DNA from: Octopus bimaculoides
Lineage: Eukaryota
Length of the DNA stretch: 64,000 nucleotides
Direction of reading: 5' to 3'
Assembly: GCF_001194135.2 (NCBI RefSeq)
Contig: NC_068984.1
Span: 13,303,576 to 13,367,575, forward strand
The notes below the pieces were generated by a model. It worked only from the letters and a program-made list of their open reading frames with translations, was not told the DNA's origin and ran no database searches. Shown piece after piece: positions 26,018 through 39,380 of the stretch; the stretch's first letter is position 1; every line of letters starts with the position of its first letter. The position numbers and the translations under genes were made by a program.

Positions 26018-26980
26018 CCACAACTATGTTGCCTGAGATACACCAGTTCCTTATCTCGAGTTCAAATCATTCAAAGACTCAATTCCGTTATCTGTGGCCG
26101 ATAATATAAACACGAGTTAAATATTAGGGTCGATCTACTCCAATAATAAACCCTCACCTAAAATGTAATGTAATGTGCTTTTGATAGAAATCAGTGTTAT
26201 ATATCATTCAAGTAAAAGATCGTGGCGAAGACAAGACTGATACTCAGCGTGGATGATATTCAAGATTTCATCAAGGAATTGTTTCAACTTGACATCAATG
26301 GATAAGATATAACGTTTAAGAATTTTCTGAAAAGAACTTATATTTATCTACGACAATTAATTAGATAAAAAGACTTGTTTAAAATCATCTTGATACACGC
26401 TGATAATATTTGAACTCACACGTCGTAAGTAGAACCGTCAAAGACTTTATCCAAACAGCGAGTTTGGTACGTGAGGTTCAAATTAGATTTATTTAAGCAT
26501 AGCAGCGAAAGTATTCAGTGTTGTTTATGAGGGTTGATAGCTGTTTGAGTCTATTAATAGTTGTTATAAGCTACATCCATTTACTGATTCGCTCCATAAA
26601 GTTTTTCCTTACTTTTTTATTCTGGTCATCAAAACGTCTTATAGTAACTTTTTCTATTTTGAGTGTTATCGTTAGATATTAAATTTGTCCGTTAGATTTT
26701 CTGATTTTGGTATGGTTTGTAATGAATTGCCAAGGAAATTAGTGGCTGCTTGGGAAAACACATACACACACACGCGAACACATACACACGCATATACATA
26801 CACTCATAGGTAGTTGCTGTGTAATTTCCAAGTTAAACGTAATACAATGGACATACTATCAAATAGAAAAGTAGATGTATTATCGAATGCATTCGAACTG
26901 TGGTTATCTCCCCTTTTCGAGATGTGTAACTACATTATAACTATATTATGTGATTTGAGGTCGGTTTCACAACCATTTCT

Positions 26981-27217
26981 TATTTCTTTACTACCCACAA
27001 GGGGCAACACACAGAGGGGACATACAAGGACGGACAAACGGATTAAGACGATTATATCGACCTCTGTGCGTAACTGGTACTTATTTAATCGACCCTGAAA
27101 TGATGAAAGATAAAGTCGACCTCGGCTGAATTTGAACTCAGAGCGTAGCAGCAGACAAAATAACGCTAAGCATTTCTCCCGGCGTGCTAACGTTTCTGCC
27201 AGTTCGCCGCCTTAATC
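26981..27217 (-). mobile_element. SINE family B, full length, with a 17-bp target-site duplication
   Basis: GTTTCACA(A/G)CCATTTCT at 26964-26980 and 27218-27234. Confidence 0.92.
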
Positions 27218-27666
27218 GTTTCACAGCCATTTCTAGCCGGGTGAGAGACCACGTACAGGTAGATATTAACTTCATTAGTGATACCCGATATTGAACATGC
27301 GAACCGATGCCGTACTTTGGTTGCAGTTTCCAGTAAAAATGTATTTACGTTTGTTTCGTTGGGTCTACTTTACAACGAAAACGATCGTAGAAAATGTATG
27401 AACGACTCAATTCGTATTTCTTCTTTACTAAGAGCATAGCGTCACCATGGATAGCGTTAAATGAAAAAGCGGCAATTGAAAAGGCACCTTCTTTAACAAT
27501 CACGCGTAAAACCAAATCGAAGCACAACTGCCTCACTACCTTACCCTCTTTCTTTCTCATAAACTCACTCTTTCGCTCACACACACGCAAAGACACACAT
27601 ACACGGATATGCATATCGTGTGTGTGTATACATACATACATAGATACATACATACATACATACATA

Positions 27667-28006
27667 CTCGGAGAACCCCTTGGGTCACAAATGACCAGGG
27701 GATTGCACCTAGAAAGTTACCCTCCCAGGCACAATTCCGAGCAAGGTCGTTTATGGAAGACCAGCAGTCGCCCATGCATACCAGCCGCCACTCTCCATGC
27801 CACCGATGTTATCCAAGGGAAAGGGAAAGGCCGATACTGCTTGGCACCAGTGATGTCACAACTCATTTCTACAGCTGAGTGAACTGGAGCAACGTAAAAT
27901 AAAGTGTCTTGCTCAAGAACACAACACGGAGCCTGGTCCGGGATTCAAACTCACTACCTCGCGGTCGTAAGTTCGACGCTCTAACCACTGAGCCATGCAC
28001 CTTCAC
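27667..28006 (-). mobile_element. SINE family D (tRNA-like head, CORE-like segment)
   Basis: Minus strand GGCTCAGTGGTTAGAGCG..GTGTTGTGTTCTTGAGCAAGACACTTTA. Tail runs into (GTAT)n. Confidence 0.85.
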
Positions 28007-28013
28007 ACTATAT

Positions 28014-28878
28014 NNNNNNNNNNNNNNNNNNNNNNNNNNNNNNNNNNNNNNNNNNNNNNNNNNNNNNNNNNNNNNNNNNNNNNNNNNNNNNNNNNNNNNN
28101 NNNNNNNNNNNNNNNNNNNNNNNNNNNNNNNNNNNNNNNNNNNNNNNNNNNNNNNNNNNNNNNNNNNNNNNNNNNNNNNNNNNNNNNNNNNNNNNNNNNN
28201 NNNNNNNNNNNNNNNNNNNNNNNNNNNNNNNNNNNNNNNNNNNNNNNNNNNNNNNNNNNNNNNNNNNNNNNNNNNNNNNNNNNNNNNNNNNNNNNNNNNN
28301 NNNNNNNNNNNNNNNNNNNNNNNNNNNNNNNNNNNNNNNNNNNNNNNNNNNNNNNNNNNNNNNNNNNNNNNNNNNNNNNNNNNNNNNNNNNNNNNNNNNN
28401 NNNNNNNNNNNNNNNNNNNNNNNNNNNNNNNNNNNNNNNNNNNNNNNNNNNNNNNNNNNNNNNNNNNNNNNNNNNNNNNNNNNNNNNNNNNNNNNNNNNN
28501 NNNNNNNNNNNNNNNNNNNNNNNNNNNNNNNNNNNNNNNNNNNNNNNNNNNNNNNNNNNNNNNNNNNNNNNNNNNNNNNNNNNNNNNNNNNNNNNNNNNN
28601 NNNNNNNNNNNNNNNNNNNNNNNNNNNNNNNNNNNNNNNNNNNNNNNNNNNNNNNNNNNNNNNNNNNNNNNNNNNNNNNNNNNNNNNNNNNNNNNNNNNN
28701 NNNNNNNNNNNNNNNNNNNNNNNNNNNNNNNNNNNNNNNNNNNNNNNNNNNNNNNNNNNNNNNNNNNNNNNNNNNNNNNNNNNNNNNNNNNNNNNNNNNN
28801 NNNNNNNNNNNNNNNNNNNNNNNNNNNNNNNNNNNNNNNNNNNNNNNNNNNNNNNNNNNNNNNNNNNNNNNNNNNNNA
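28014..28878. other. Largest assembly gap; other gaps near 12.9, 15.4, 21.1, 34.9, 36.7, 41.8, 43.1, 51.9 and 55.8 kb
   Basis: N-runs flanked by simple repeats, typical of short-read scaffolds. Confidence 0.98.
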
Positions 28879-29429
28879 TATATATATATATATATATATA
28901 GTGGCACTCCAGCCTGCTCATGATAGTAACGTGCAAGTGACTGAGCACTCTACAGGCACCTTAGATGCTAGAGTAGTGCTTGATGATTTTGTTAAAGCGA
29001 ACAAAACTCGCACTGACATTTTCCCCTCACTCGTTCCCTCACAATAAGGACGGTGGCAAATAAATGGGATGACAACTGAGCTTATATGAGAACGCAGAAT
29101 ATAACCAACATTGCTCCATACCTCGCAGTTCCATCCAACTTGCGTGTTTTAGATCCTAAATCATCATAACAGATGTTTGTCTTACATCGTGCTTTCTAAT
29201 GATTGAGCCGCTGCCGCAGGTTCGAAATTCTGGAGGTGAAGATTGCTTATTTCATTCCATGCTTGAATTGCATGAAATACGAGCATGTCATCATGTGACT
29301 AAACATACACGTTCATATTCAACGTACGTATGTGAGTATTGTTGGGCGGCAATTGACGCCATTGAGTTTATCTGATTTTTGATGAATCTTGTTTTACATC
29401 TAGCAGGCTATGAAAATCAACCTTCTCAC

Positions 29430-29466
<37 letters not shown>

Positions 29467-29654
29467 TTAGTTGAGCTGTTAAATTAGTCATCGTCAACGC
29501 GAGTATGCTAAAGGTTTTACTCGGTTACATGTAGCGATGAAAACGAACCAAATACACATAGACAAATACACATAAGTGTAAATATAAACCTACGCATAAT
29601 TTACAAAATCCCTACTATCAAATGCCGATACAAACAGACCCTTCCCCATCAAAT

Positions 29655-29703
<49 letters not shown>

Positions 29704-30691
29704 CACACACACTCACACATGTCTACACTATTGAACAGAGTATATAGAACATACATTTCCAGAAGGCTCACAGTGGTAGGTTTTCTCGCCGGAATAACAC
29801 TCCCAGTCCCTGTAGAGTGTGAGGCATTCCAGTAACCGGGTATCTGATAAAAGATACTCCCTAAAGTTGATTTGCAGTGGAATCGATCCCAGAAGACGAT
29901 GTTCTTATAGCAAAACTTTTAGTAACATAACCATTAGATTCCCAATGCAGACGTTGAAATACTTTCGACAACTTAAAACCCCTTTGTTTGCCATTAAAAA
30001 TTTATTGATTTTTATTTTCCCGTGACTAAGATAAGTAAATCAACTATTTTAAAATTCAATAATACTTTGTGTAGCCCCATATCTGGTTTTAATCTCATTC
30101 ATACTTTGTGAAAATTTGATTCGGCCATAAATTATTGATTGCATAGCGTGATATCGATTTAGTAGAACATGATTTTTTGTTTTTATTTTGCAATCTAAAA
30201 TACGAAACAAAAAAGTATTTTACACTGTACTAATTCAATAAAAGTTGAAGTTAATTATATTATTGAAAATTTATTTGAGGATTTTCTAAAATTTGTTTCG
30301 TAAATGATCAATTATTTGGTTTATGTTCACTAGCCAGGCTGATAACTGTTTAATCTCTTAAATAAATTGAGGTTATTCCCATCTCTATTTGTTGATTTGT
30401 CTGTAATCTTAGTTAAATTATCGGCTACTGTTTCCCTAAAACCACGGTCATTTGCTGACCAAAATTATCTTTTAGTTTACATATCTTATTTATGAAAGTT
30501 ATTAGGAATCTAATTTGAATAGAATATTAAACCCTTAAATTTTATGTTCGTTTCGTGCCTCTGGAAAGCGCCTTGTCTAGTTGGTAGGGTTACACAATAA
30601 CTTGTTGAGTATCTGTTCTGTCTCTCCCCTCTGTCTATCTGTCTCTGTCTCTGTCTGCCTGTCTGTCTGTCTGCCTGTCTGTCTGTCTCTC

Positions 30692-30727
<36 letters not shown>

Positions 30728-31102
30728 ACAGTCTCCTGTTTTAATGTTTCTCTATTGAAGGACATAAACTTTACGCTGTCATCGACGTAGCATTCATTAG
30801 TCATATAGTGTCTCTGTTTTCTTTATAGGTTGTCATAATCGAAAAGGGAACAATTAGTTAGATCGTCAATCTGCTAAAAATAACTCTTAAATCGCTCAAA
30901 TCACACCTTACCGTCTTAGGAAGTCAGAGAAACATTGAATAATGTAGTCCTAAATACACTATATCAAATTAAAAACTAGAGGATAGCCATATTTGGAACG
31001 CCTTTGTTTATAGGCGGGCTCAATAAGAGCTGACATAGGACTATGCAATATCATCAACAGCAACACCGATTATCTCTACATCTTCATGTTATTTTATTAC
31101 AG

Positions 31103-31256
31103 CTACGTAAAACGGGCGCAGAGAGATAAGCGACTTCGCGGCTGGACATACTGCAATGGCGCCATCGATGGCTTATTAACGGTCAACGTTATTCACCGAG
31201 AAACAGAACGTGACGTCTCTCTGCCATTTGTATTTATCAACGGCGTATTCCGATGA
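31103..31256 (+). CDS. Terminal coding exon D: (F)YVKRAQRDKRLRGWTYCNGAIDGLLTVNVIHRETERDVSLPFVFINGVFR*
   Basis: tcttcatgttattttattacAG acceptor, then 50 open codons of non-repetitive, CpG-rich, coding-like sequence ending in TGA at 31254-31256. Confidence 0.75.
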
Positions 31257-31544
31257 AAATATATATATGAAAATATACTGTGTTTTAAGATTCAGTGTAT
31301 TGTCCGCGCAGGATATCAAATATTCTGGAAATGGGAATGAAGAAAACAAAACACAAACACACACAAAAAGAAAACGCTGTCATTAAAATGTTGATAAAGT
31401 CTATGTAAATATTAAAACTTATTTTGAATTGTGATTCGTTTGAATGTTTAATTTATATTAAGGAGCCAAAGGAAAGAGACCACTGAGAGTCACTGAGTCT
31501 CCTAGGAATAGAAGGGTTGGACAAAAAAGAGAAACATTTATTAA

Positions 31545-31550
31545 AATAAA
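31545..31550 (+). terminator. Possible polyadenylation signal for the exon A-D gene
   Basis: First AATAAA I see after the stop (ATTAAA variants occur earlier). The motif is common in AT-rich DNA. Confidence 0.3.
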
Positions 31551-31597
31551 TTTTCTATTAGCAATATGACAAATTCAAAATTGCACACATCTGTGCG

Positions 31598-31723
<126 letters not shown>

Positions 31724-31796
31724 CCTATCCATTCTCTATGCTTTGTACTTCATAATATAACCCTACGTGTTTATGTCTAGCAGATAATTTTTTATT

Positions 31797-32495
31797 ATTT
31801 TATTCTTTTACTTGTTTAAGTCATTTGACTGCAGCCATGCTGGAGCACCGCCTTTAGTCGAACAAATCGACCCCGAGACGTATTCTTTGTAAGCACAATA
31901 CTTATTCTATCGGTCTCTTTTTGCCGAACCGCTAAGTTACGGGGATGTAAACACACCAACATCAGTTGTCAAGCGATGGTTGGGGTCATGTTATGACCCC
32001 AAATCCACTGATAAGGCTTTGGTTTGCCCGCGGCTGTAGTAGAAGACACTTGGGCAAGGTGCCATGCAGTGGAACTGAACCCGGAACCATGTGGTTGGGA
32101 AGCAAGCTTCTTATCACACAGCCACGCCTGCGTCTAATGTAATAGCGACCCATCTAACAGGTTGGAAACACTTTCTTGGATGCACCCTATATTGAGTGCA
32201 CAAATACTTCTATGTATCTGTGTACATGTGTACATATGTTTGTGTGCATGACTCTTTGTGCGTGTGTGTATTTAGTGCATTGTGTGCCTAATGGGTAATG
32301 AACGTTTACAACTATATACATACACATATATACGACGGGCTTCTTTCAGTTTCCGGCTACCAAATCCACTGATAAGGCTTTGGTTTGCCCGCGGCTGTAG
32401 TAGAAGACACTTGGGCAAGGTGCCATGCAGTGGAACTGAACCCGGAACCATGTGGTTGGGAAGCAAGCTTCTTATCACACAGCCACGCCTGCGTC
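31797..32495 (-). mobile_element. SINE family A with a locally duplicated 5' half (31797-32135 and 32330-32495)
   Basis: Two apparently identical head segments; see findings. Confidence 0.9.
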
Positions 32496-33553
32496 TAATG
32501 TAAAATATGTTACAATATTGCGTCGAGAAAGTTTAGCGTGTGAGCTATGGGTTGGTTTAGGTTACAGAGACAAAGTTACAATTCAACAGTTGAGAAGTGC
32601 TTGCAGTGTTGGATAATAGCGACCCATCTAACAGGTTGGAAACACTTTCTTGGATGCACCCTATATTGAGTGCACAAATACTTCTATGTATCTGTGTACA
32701 TGTGTACATATGTTTGTGTGCATGACTCTTTGTGCGTGTGTGTATTTAGTGCATTGTGTGCCTAATGGGTAATGAACGTTTAATGCATTGTGCAAGGAAT
32801 GTGAATATTACTAGAAAATTACTTTCAGTAGCATTTTGTTAATAATTAGCAGCTTAAATCTACCTGGAAGTAAGTAGTTTTGTCCCTGTAGTGAATATTT
32901 AGATTTTAGGGGAGATTCTTGACAAAATAAGCTTATCCAGTTAAACACCACGTTCCTGGTCCCTGGCTTCTTTTAAGCCACTTTACACTTAGAAACACAG
33001 GGGTTCGGTATCTGGGTTTAGTCTGACCCTCATTCCTTTTACTCATCAGTAAGAAACAAGTGATGGACGGTGGCCGTCTCCTAATAGCTAACTCATTACA
33101 ATATGTAATTAATGGCCGTTATTGAGCTGATGTCAAACGCGATTTTAAGCTGTGTAATGGTTATGATAAAATATGGAACATGAAACGGTATTGCTGGAAA
33201 GTAAAGGTTGGATTCGTGATTTTTAAACATCCAATATAGTATTATTCCAATGAGATAATCATAGCATGTGATTAAAATCATAGCATGTGATTAAACGTAC
33301 CTAGTGAGATGGTTTCCTCATCAAATTCAGTTTAATATATGTATTATGTATTAAGATTTACATAGACTTTATCAATGTTCTTATGCCAGCATTTCGTTTT
33401 TATTATCTCCGTTCCCATACTCAGAATATTTCATGTCCTGAGTAGACAATACATTGAATCTTGAAACACATGTCATTGGAACTGGTGTAGAATAATACAT
33501 GAAATCATTGAGATCATTTTATGTTCTCAACCCCTCCCCCACACATTAGGCTC

Positions 33554-33597
<44 letters not shown>

Positions 33598-35626
33598 TAA
33601 AGGGACAGAGATGCTTTTCTTGGTAAAAAGAATGTTCTATCCAGTAGTTTAGAGCCTAGAGGCAGGCAACTTTTTTAGATGTTAACATGGGCCAGAAATA
33701 GCCAAAGACTTATACATTAACTCCTTTTCCGTCCAAGATCCCAATAGCAACAGTTCACCAGTGCATGAAGGCAACCTCCCTCTGGGTATCAAATTTAATG
33801 ACATCTTTTTATGTATTACAAACATTTCTGTAATACTACAAGCATTTCATTAGATTTCTTTAATAAAGTATAATTAAAATATAATTCAAAATGACAAATA
33901 TTTTCCAGAACATCTACAAATTTGTAAATCATTCCGAATTGAGAAAGATATTAAGTTACTAGAAAATAAGTTGAAAATAAAAATAAGAATGCGTAAATGA
34001 AGATAATATAAACTTGGTATAGAGATTGATTTGTACAATTGCTATGACATCTATTGAAACAGAGATATATTTCAATTTTGCGTTTTCGTAAACAAGTAGT
34101 TTTTTTTAATAACAAAGAAATATTCTCAAAAAGAGTTTGATATCAATAGCTAACATTGTGAAAGGAAAACGAAGACAAATAAAAAGTAAAATAATATGTA
34201 ACCTGATAGTATCCAATCTGAGAAATAATATTTCCCGTAGTATCTATGGAGCCGTGTAAACAGATATCTTGATTCGAGTTAAATTCTAGTGATGTAAACC
34301 CATTTTGAAAGATCATTAATTATATTAAATGGAGGCAGTAAATTTCCTCGCATCTGAAATGTATTTTCATAATGGCGATGAAATATTCTCTTCGCATCCA
34401 TGTCATTCATTTCAAATGATGGGAAACCTAAGCTTCGTTTATTGACCCCAAAATGATGCTATGAAAGGTAAAAAAAATAAAACCGTAGTAAAATATTTTA
34501 ACGTTTATATTTGCTGTATTTTCGTTCATTATTTCTACATAATATTTCTTTTCATATGTATTTTTCTACCTTCTCTTTATCCACAGCATTTCATTTCAAT
34601 ACTTATTTAATTTTCGCTTATTTTTCTATTTCTCATCATTTACCTGATTCTTTCAATATTCCCTTTCCTCATTTTTTTCTAACACTAAGATATATTTCTC
34701 ACATAATATGTTCAAGCTTTCTGTCAAAAACTCTGGCTCCCTAGCTTCAGACCATTTTAGAATTTCTTTTCCATTGAATTACTTTATTTCTATATTATCT
34801 ATCACTTTTCTACAATTCATTCTGGTATCCCACATTCTTCTAGGTTTTTCTATTTTTCTCTAATGTCTTCCCTTATTTCATGCAAGTATAATTCTGCGTT
34901 AAATATTTATTTTGACAAAAAAAAAAAAAAAAAATTANNNNNNNNNNGAAAAATAACGTCTTTTCCAATCAAACTGACAATCTCTATTCCGAGACAAAAT
35001 TTTGCAGTTAAAAATACTAATGATATTTGAATGGTTTAATTCAATTTTGAAAATATATCGAAAGAATTATGGACCTATCACAATTTCCTGTTCACTACAA
35101 TATTTTTGAACAAATAACAAAAAAAAAAAAAACATTAAAAATTGCATTACATTCCATCGGATTTTTATTTTCTTTAAATTCAGAATACAGATTATTATAA
35201 ACATAAAAGTTTCAAAACTGAAATTATAAAAATAACAGGAATAGTAATTTAATTGGCTTTTCACTGCTATAATGTGGAAACAAATTAGATTAAATCTGGA
35301 AATTTCTCTGAGAAAACTCAAATTAAAACATCTCAATAGTAAAGTAAAATTGATATACATCAACATAGTAGGGAAGATTTCAATGCAACAAGGTATTGAA
35401 TTCCAATTAAGACTGCCTTATAAACGGGCAACTCCAGCTGTGTATATGTTCTTTCAGTGGTAATAATAAAGAACATTTATTCCTTGTCAATATTTTCAGT
35501 TGCGTGTTGATGGAATCAATCGTATTCATATTTCAGTAGTCTTAAGATGTACATATCTGTAATCTCCACTTGGATGATTGGCTGACTGTCCATTTTCCCC
35601 TGTTGGCTATTTGTCTATCTGTTTTC

Positions 35627-35668
<42 letters not shown>

Positions 35669-35746
35669 GTATGTATCTATCTATCTATCTATCGATCTAT
35701 CTATCTGTCTGTCTGTCTGTGTCTTTATCTCTTTTCTCTCTATATA

Positions 35747-36470
35747 CAGGGGTTGGACAAAATAATGGAAACACCTAGCACCATAGCATCATAATTTTGA
35801 AATATCTATAAAACTGCCAAAAGCTTGTTTATTTTTATGTTTTTTAAAAATTTATTATTAGTGTTGCGTAATATGTTTTGCTAAAATTGCTGTTTCTTTT
35901 CAAATATCATCAGAAAAATGTAATTAAAATTCATTAAAATGACAGATTTATCGGACTTTCAAAGAGGTCAAATTGTTGGTACTCGTATTGCAGGCGCAAG
36001 CGTAACGTAAACAGCCGAAATGTTTGGTGTATCAAGAAGAACTGTCTCGAAAGTAATGACAGCCTTTGAGAAAGAGGGAAAAAGCCTCATCGTCGAAACA
36101 AAACTCCGAAGAGAACCAAAACTTTCAGATATGGACCGTCGAACTCTTACGCGAATTGTTAGAAAGGATCACAAAAGTACAGGTCCCTAAATTACTGCAG
36201 AGCATAGTGACCACCTTGAGAATCCAATTTCCACAAAGCCGGATTTTACGGGAGGGCTGCAATCAGAAAACCCCTACTTTCAAAAACAAACGTTGCAAAG
36301 CGTTAGAGCAGTGAAGGGATATTATTTTCTCGGACGAGTCATCCTCTACCTTATTTCCGACCACCGGCCGAGTATACGTGTGGAGACTGCCAAAAGAAGC
36401 ATTTGAGCCAGACTGACTTCTTCCAGCTGTTAAACATGGTGGTGAATCTGTGATGATCTGGGGGAAACCG
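35747..36470 (+). mobile_element. Tc1-family transposon, 5' portion with pseudogenised transposase
   Basis: TA+CAGGGGTTGGACAAAATAATGGAAACACC left end. ATG at 35939 gives MTDLSDFQRGQIVG..FGVSRRTVSKV..IIFSDES..VKHGGESVMIWG with in-frame stops. No right TIR seen. Confidence 0.92.
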
Positions 36471-36483
36471 GGTTACATGACAG

Positions 36484-36655
36484 GCTCTCCGTCGGTTATG
36501 ACGAGGAACGTTCTAGCTGATCCGATCAACGGAACAGCCTGCTCGTGGAATTAACGTGGAAGTGGCTGAGCATTCCGCAGACACACGTATAAATAACGTA
36601 GTCCTCAAGTCCTCAGGGAGATTCATGGTAACACAGAATGTCACAAGTCTGATTC
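36484..36655 (-). mobile_element. SINE family C 3' fragment abutting the Tc1 remnant (smaller fragment at ~28900-28960)
   Basis: Contains GATCCGATCAACGGAACAGCCTGCTCGTGGAATTAACGTG. Confidence 0.8.
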
Positions 36656-36659
36656 TTTG

Positions 36660-36718
<59 letters not shown>

Positions 36719-36950
36719 NNNNNNNNNNNNNNNNNNNNNNNNNNNNNNNNNNNNNNNNNNNNNNNNNNNNNNNNNNNNNNNNNNNNNNNNNNNNNNNNNN
36801 NNNNNNNNNNNNNNNNNNNNNNNNNNNNNNNNNNNNNNNNNNNNNNNNNNNNNNNNNNNNNNNNNNNNNNNNNNNNNNNNNNNNNNNNNNNNNNNNNNAT
36901 ATATAAATTAAGAAAGGGAGTTAAATGCTGGTGTTATTCAAATCTTTATA

Positions 36951-37038
36951 CTTCAGACATATGTTTCGAAGAAAACATTAGTATTATTCGCGAGGGAATA
37001 AAATGCTGTAAAACAATGTAATCATCTCGTCAGGAAAT
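36951..37038 (-). ncRNA. Hammerhead ribozyme-like motif (type I topology, long stem II)
   Basis: Minus strand reads CUGACGA-GA..UC-GAAAC-AUAU-GUC. Stem III contains the palindrome ACAUAUGU. The first stem I pair is mismatched. Confidence 0.55.
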
Positions 37039-37065
37039 GGCTTACTGAGGTGTTTTGTTTCTCTA

Positions 37066-37154
37066 TTTCCTCTGACGAGATGATTGCATTGTTTTACATC
37101 AATTTAGTCCCTCGGGAATAATAGCTATGTTTTCTTCGAAATATATGTCGGAAG
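37066..37154 (+). ncRNA. Hammerhead ribozyme-like motif (second arm)
   Basis: CTGACGA at 37072-37078, GAAA at 37138-37141, GTC at 37147-37149. GGAAG (37150-54) can pair with TTTCC (37066-70), leaving one extra T. Confidence 0.5.
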
Positions 37155-37370
37155 TATAAAGATTTGAATAACACCTGTGTTTAACTCCATTTTTCAATTT
37201 ATCTATGTGATACAAAAACATTTCAATAAATCCTAGAAATTGTACCTCTATAAGAAGGCTGTAACCTCATTGGCACTTATGTGAATTTTTGCTACTCTGG
37301 TAACTTTTATTTATTTTTTCCGTGTTATTTATACACATTGAAAAAAATTCACACACACACACCCATATAT

Positions 37371-37606
37371 AAAGGTGGTGCTCCAGTATGGTCGCAGTCA
37401 AATGACTGAAACAAGTAAAAGAATATATATATAAATGTACACGAGGTGCTCCTTTCAGTTTCCGCCTCTGAAATCAACTCACAAGGCTTTGGTCTACACG
37501 AAGCTAGAGTAGAAGACACTTACTCACGGTAGCATACAGTGGAACTAAACCCGGAACCATGTGGTTAGGAAGCAAGCTTCTTACCAGACAGCCACGCTTA
37601 CGCCTA
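37371..37606. mobile_element. SINE family A tail (+) abutting a family A 5' half (-)
   Basis: Tail at 37371-37432 and reversed head at 37441-37606. Confidence 0.75.
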
Positions 37607-37632
37607 ATACATACACACACACACACACACAC

Positions 37633-37689
<57 letters not shown>

Positions 37690-37703
37690 GTGGGTGTGTG
37701 CAT

Positions 37704-37734
<31 letters not shown>

Positions 37735-39206
37735 CATGTTCGTGTACATATACATACATACACGTACACACCCACATGCACACACACACACACACACTTC
37801 TTATTTCATGATATATTCTGTGTCTTCAATATTTATCAATTTAAAATTATGACTTTATTATTTTATATTGAATTTTGATGTTAGCCGTAGGAATGCACGA
37901 AAGAAAAAGACAATAAAACAACCGAGTTAGATTTGAAACAGTAATTTTAAAACTTTACTATATTTGAAAAAAAAAAAAAAAAGGAAAAAAAGCAAAACAA
38001 AAAACCCCGACAAGCATAGACTCGTCTTTAAACTATTGCAACATCTTTCAATAATTTTTCTGTTCCCAACATATTTCTCTCTTCTTAACGTAGATTCGTC
38101 ATAGATAACTAGAATAATTTTCAATAAGTTTCACTAAACCATATTCAAATTTATTTCTTCTTCTTCTGAGCTTTATTCCATACTGATTATGCATTCCTTC
38201 TTTTCATCTGAACATTCCTTTATTTGTCCAACGTTTAGTGTTTTCTTTTGGCAATCGTCATCTTTTATATTTTATTGTTTTGCCATTTGCAGTTATTTCT
38301 ATTATTTCTTAATTGTTATTCCATAATTTCACGATTTTATCCATTATTCATTCATTATCAGTCTTTTTTTTTTCTCGTTTCTTTCACACTTTCCTGTTAT
38401 TTGAATATCTCATCCTTTCTTTAAGCTAAAATGTGTTAGAGACACCTCCAGTGTAACTTGGGAGGGCATTCACCATAGTTACACTATTGGGATGCATAAT
38501 AAAGCAATAATTATTGAAAGTGGGGCGGGACAAATGCTATGGAAGCAGATGTTAGGACAAAATATGGCAAGACGGCGAAAACAGAGAAAGCAACAAAATA
38601 AACAGAATTTAAGCGGTAGCTACTGCTGTGGTGTTGTCGTCACGTCATCGATGATAAAAGATTTGAAGAAAATAAATTTATTGTATTGAAATGACAATTG
38701 CTGAATGTCTAATGGAATTGGGAAAATATGAGCTGTAATAAAAACTTCGTGGAAGTATGCATAAATAGAGGTAGAGAGAAGGGAAGATAGGCAGGGGGGA
38801 TGGAGAGAGGAGGAAACAGAGAGAAGCGGGGTACGATGAAACAGAAAGAATGAGAATGAAAGGGAGAAAGTGAAAGGATGAGGGGTATTTGAGAAACATA
38901 TAAGCTGCATATAATAAACATGGTAGACAAGTCAATGGAGAAAGAGGCAGATATGTATAGAAGAGACAAGAAGTGGGAGAGATAGAATGAGTGAAAGTGT
39001 GTGGGGAAAGGGAGGGAGGGATAGAGGAAGAAGAGTGTGAGGGAGAAATTAAGAGAAAAGTTAAAAGCATAAAGTAGGGGAGAAGAGAGATGAAATGATA
39101 AACAGAGATATATAGGATATAGGAAAGACGTTATAAAATAAGATATAGGTGGATGAATAGAGAAGGGAGTGAGAGAAAGGAGAGAGAAGGAGGGAGGGAC
39201 ATGTGT

Positions 39207-39380
39207 GGGTATATAAAGTTAAGGCATTTTAAATAGAATGCCTGGAGTAAGTGAAAGTGAGGACGAAGAAGAGGAAAAGAGAAAGAATCATATGGAGAGG
39301 GAGGGAGAGTAAAAAGCAGGAGGAAGTAAAATAGTAAGGTAGAGTAGAAATATGAACGGTGGATTAATCGAAAGATATGA
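39207..39380. repeat. Unclassified repeat; inverted homolog at 42765-42940
   Basis: GTATATAAAG..GGCATTTTAAATAGAATGCC..GAATCATATGGAGAGGGA matches the reverse complement of 42765-42940. Confidence 0.8.

Larger units (their letters stand above)
36917..37188. mobile_element. Foldback element with ~120-bp imperfect inverted arms, each carrying a hammerhead-like core; possibly an inverted Penelope-like terminal repeat pair
   Basis: Left arm GGAGTTAAATGCTGGTGTTATTCAAATCTTTATACTTC..TCGTCAGGAAAT is the approximate reverse complement of right arm ATTTCCTCTGACGA..GAAGTATAAAGATTTGAATAACACCTGTGTTTAACTCC. The loop is ~26-30 bp. Confidence 0.85.

Noticed and set aside
26220-26310. Short frame KIVAKTRLILSVDDIQDFIKELFQLDING
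   Set aside because: It is bounded by stops, with no in-phase acceptor.
38450-38490. AGTGTAACT..AGTTACACT hairpin as a pre-miRNA
   Set aside because: The stem is too short and does not extend.
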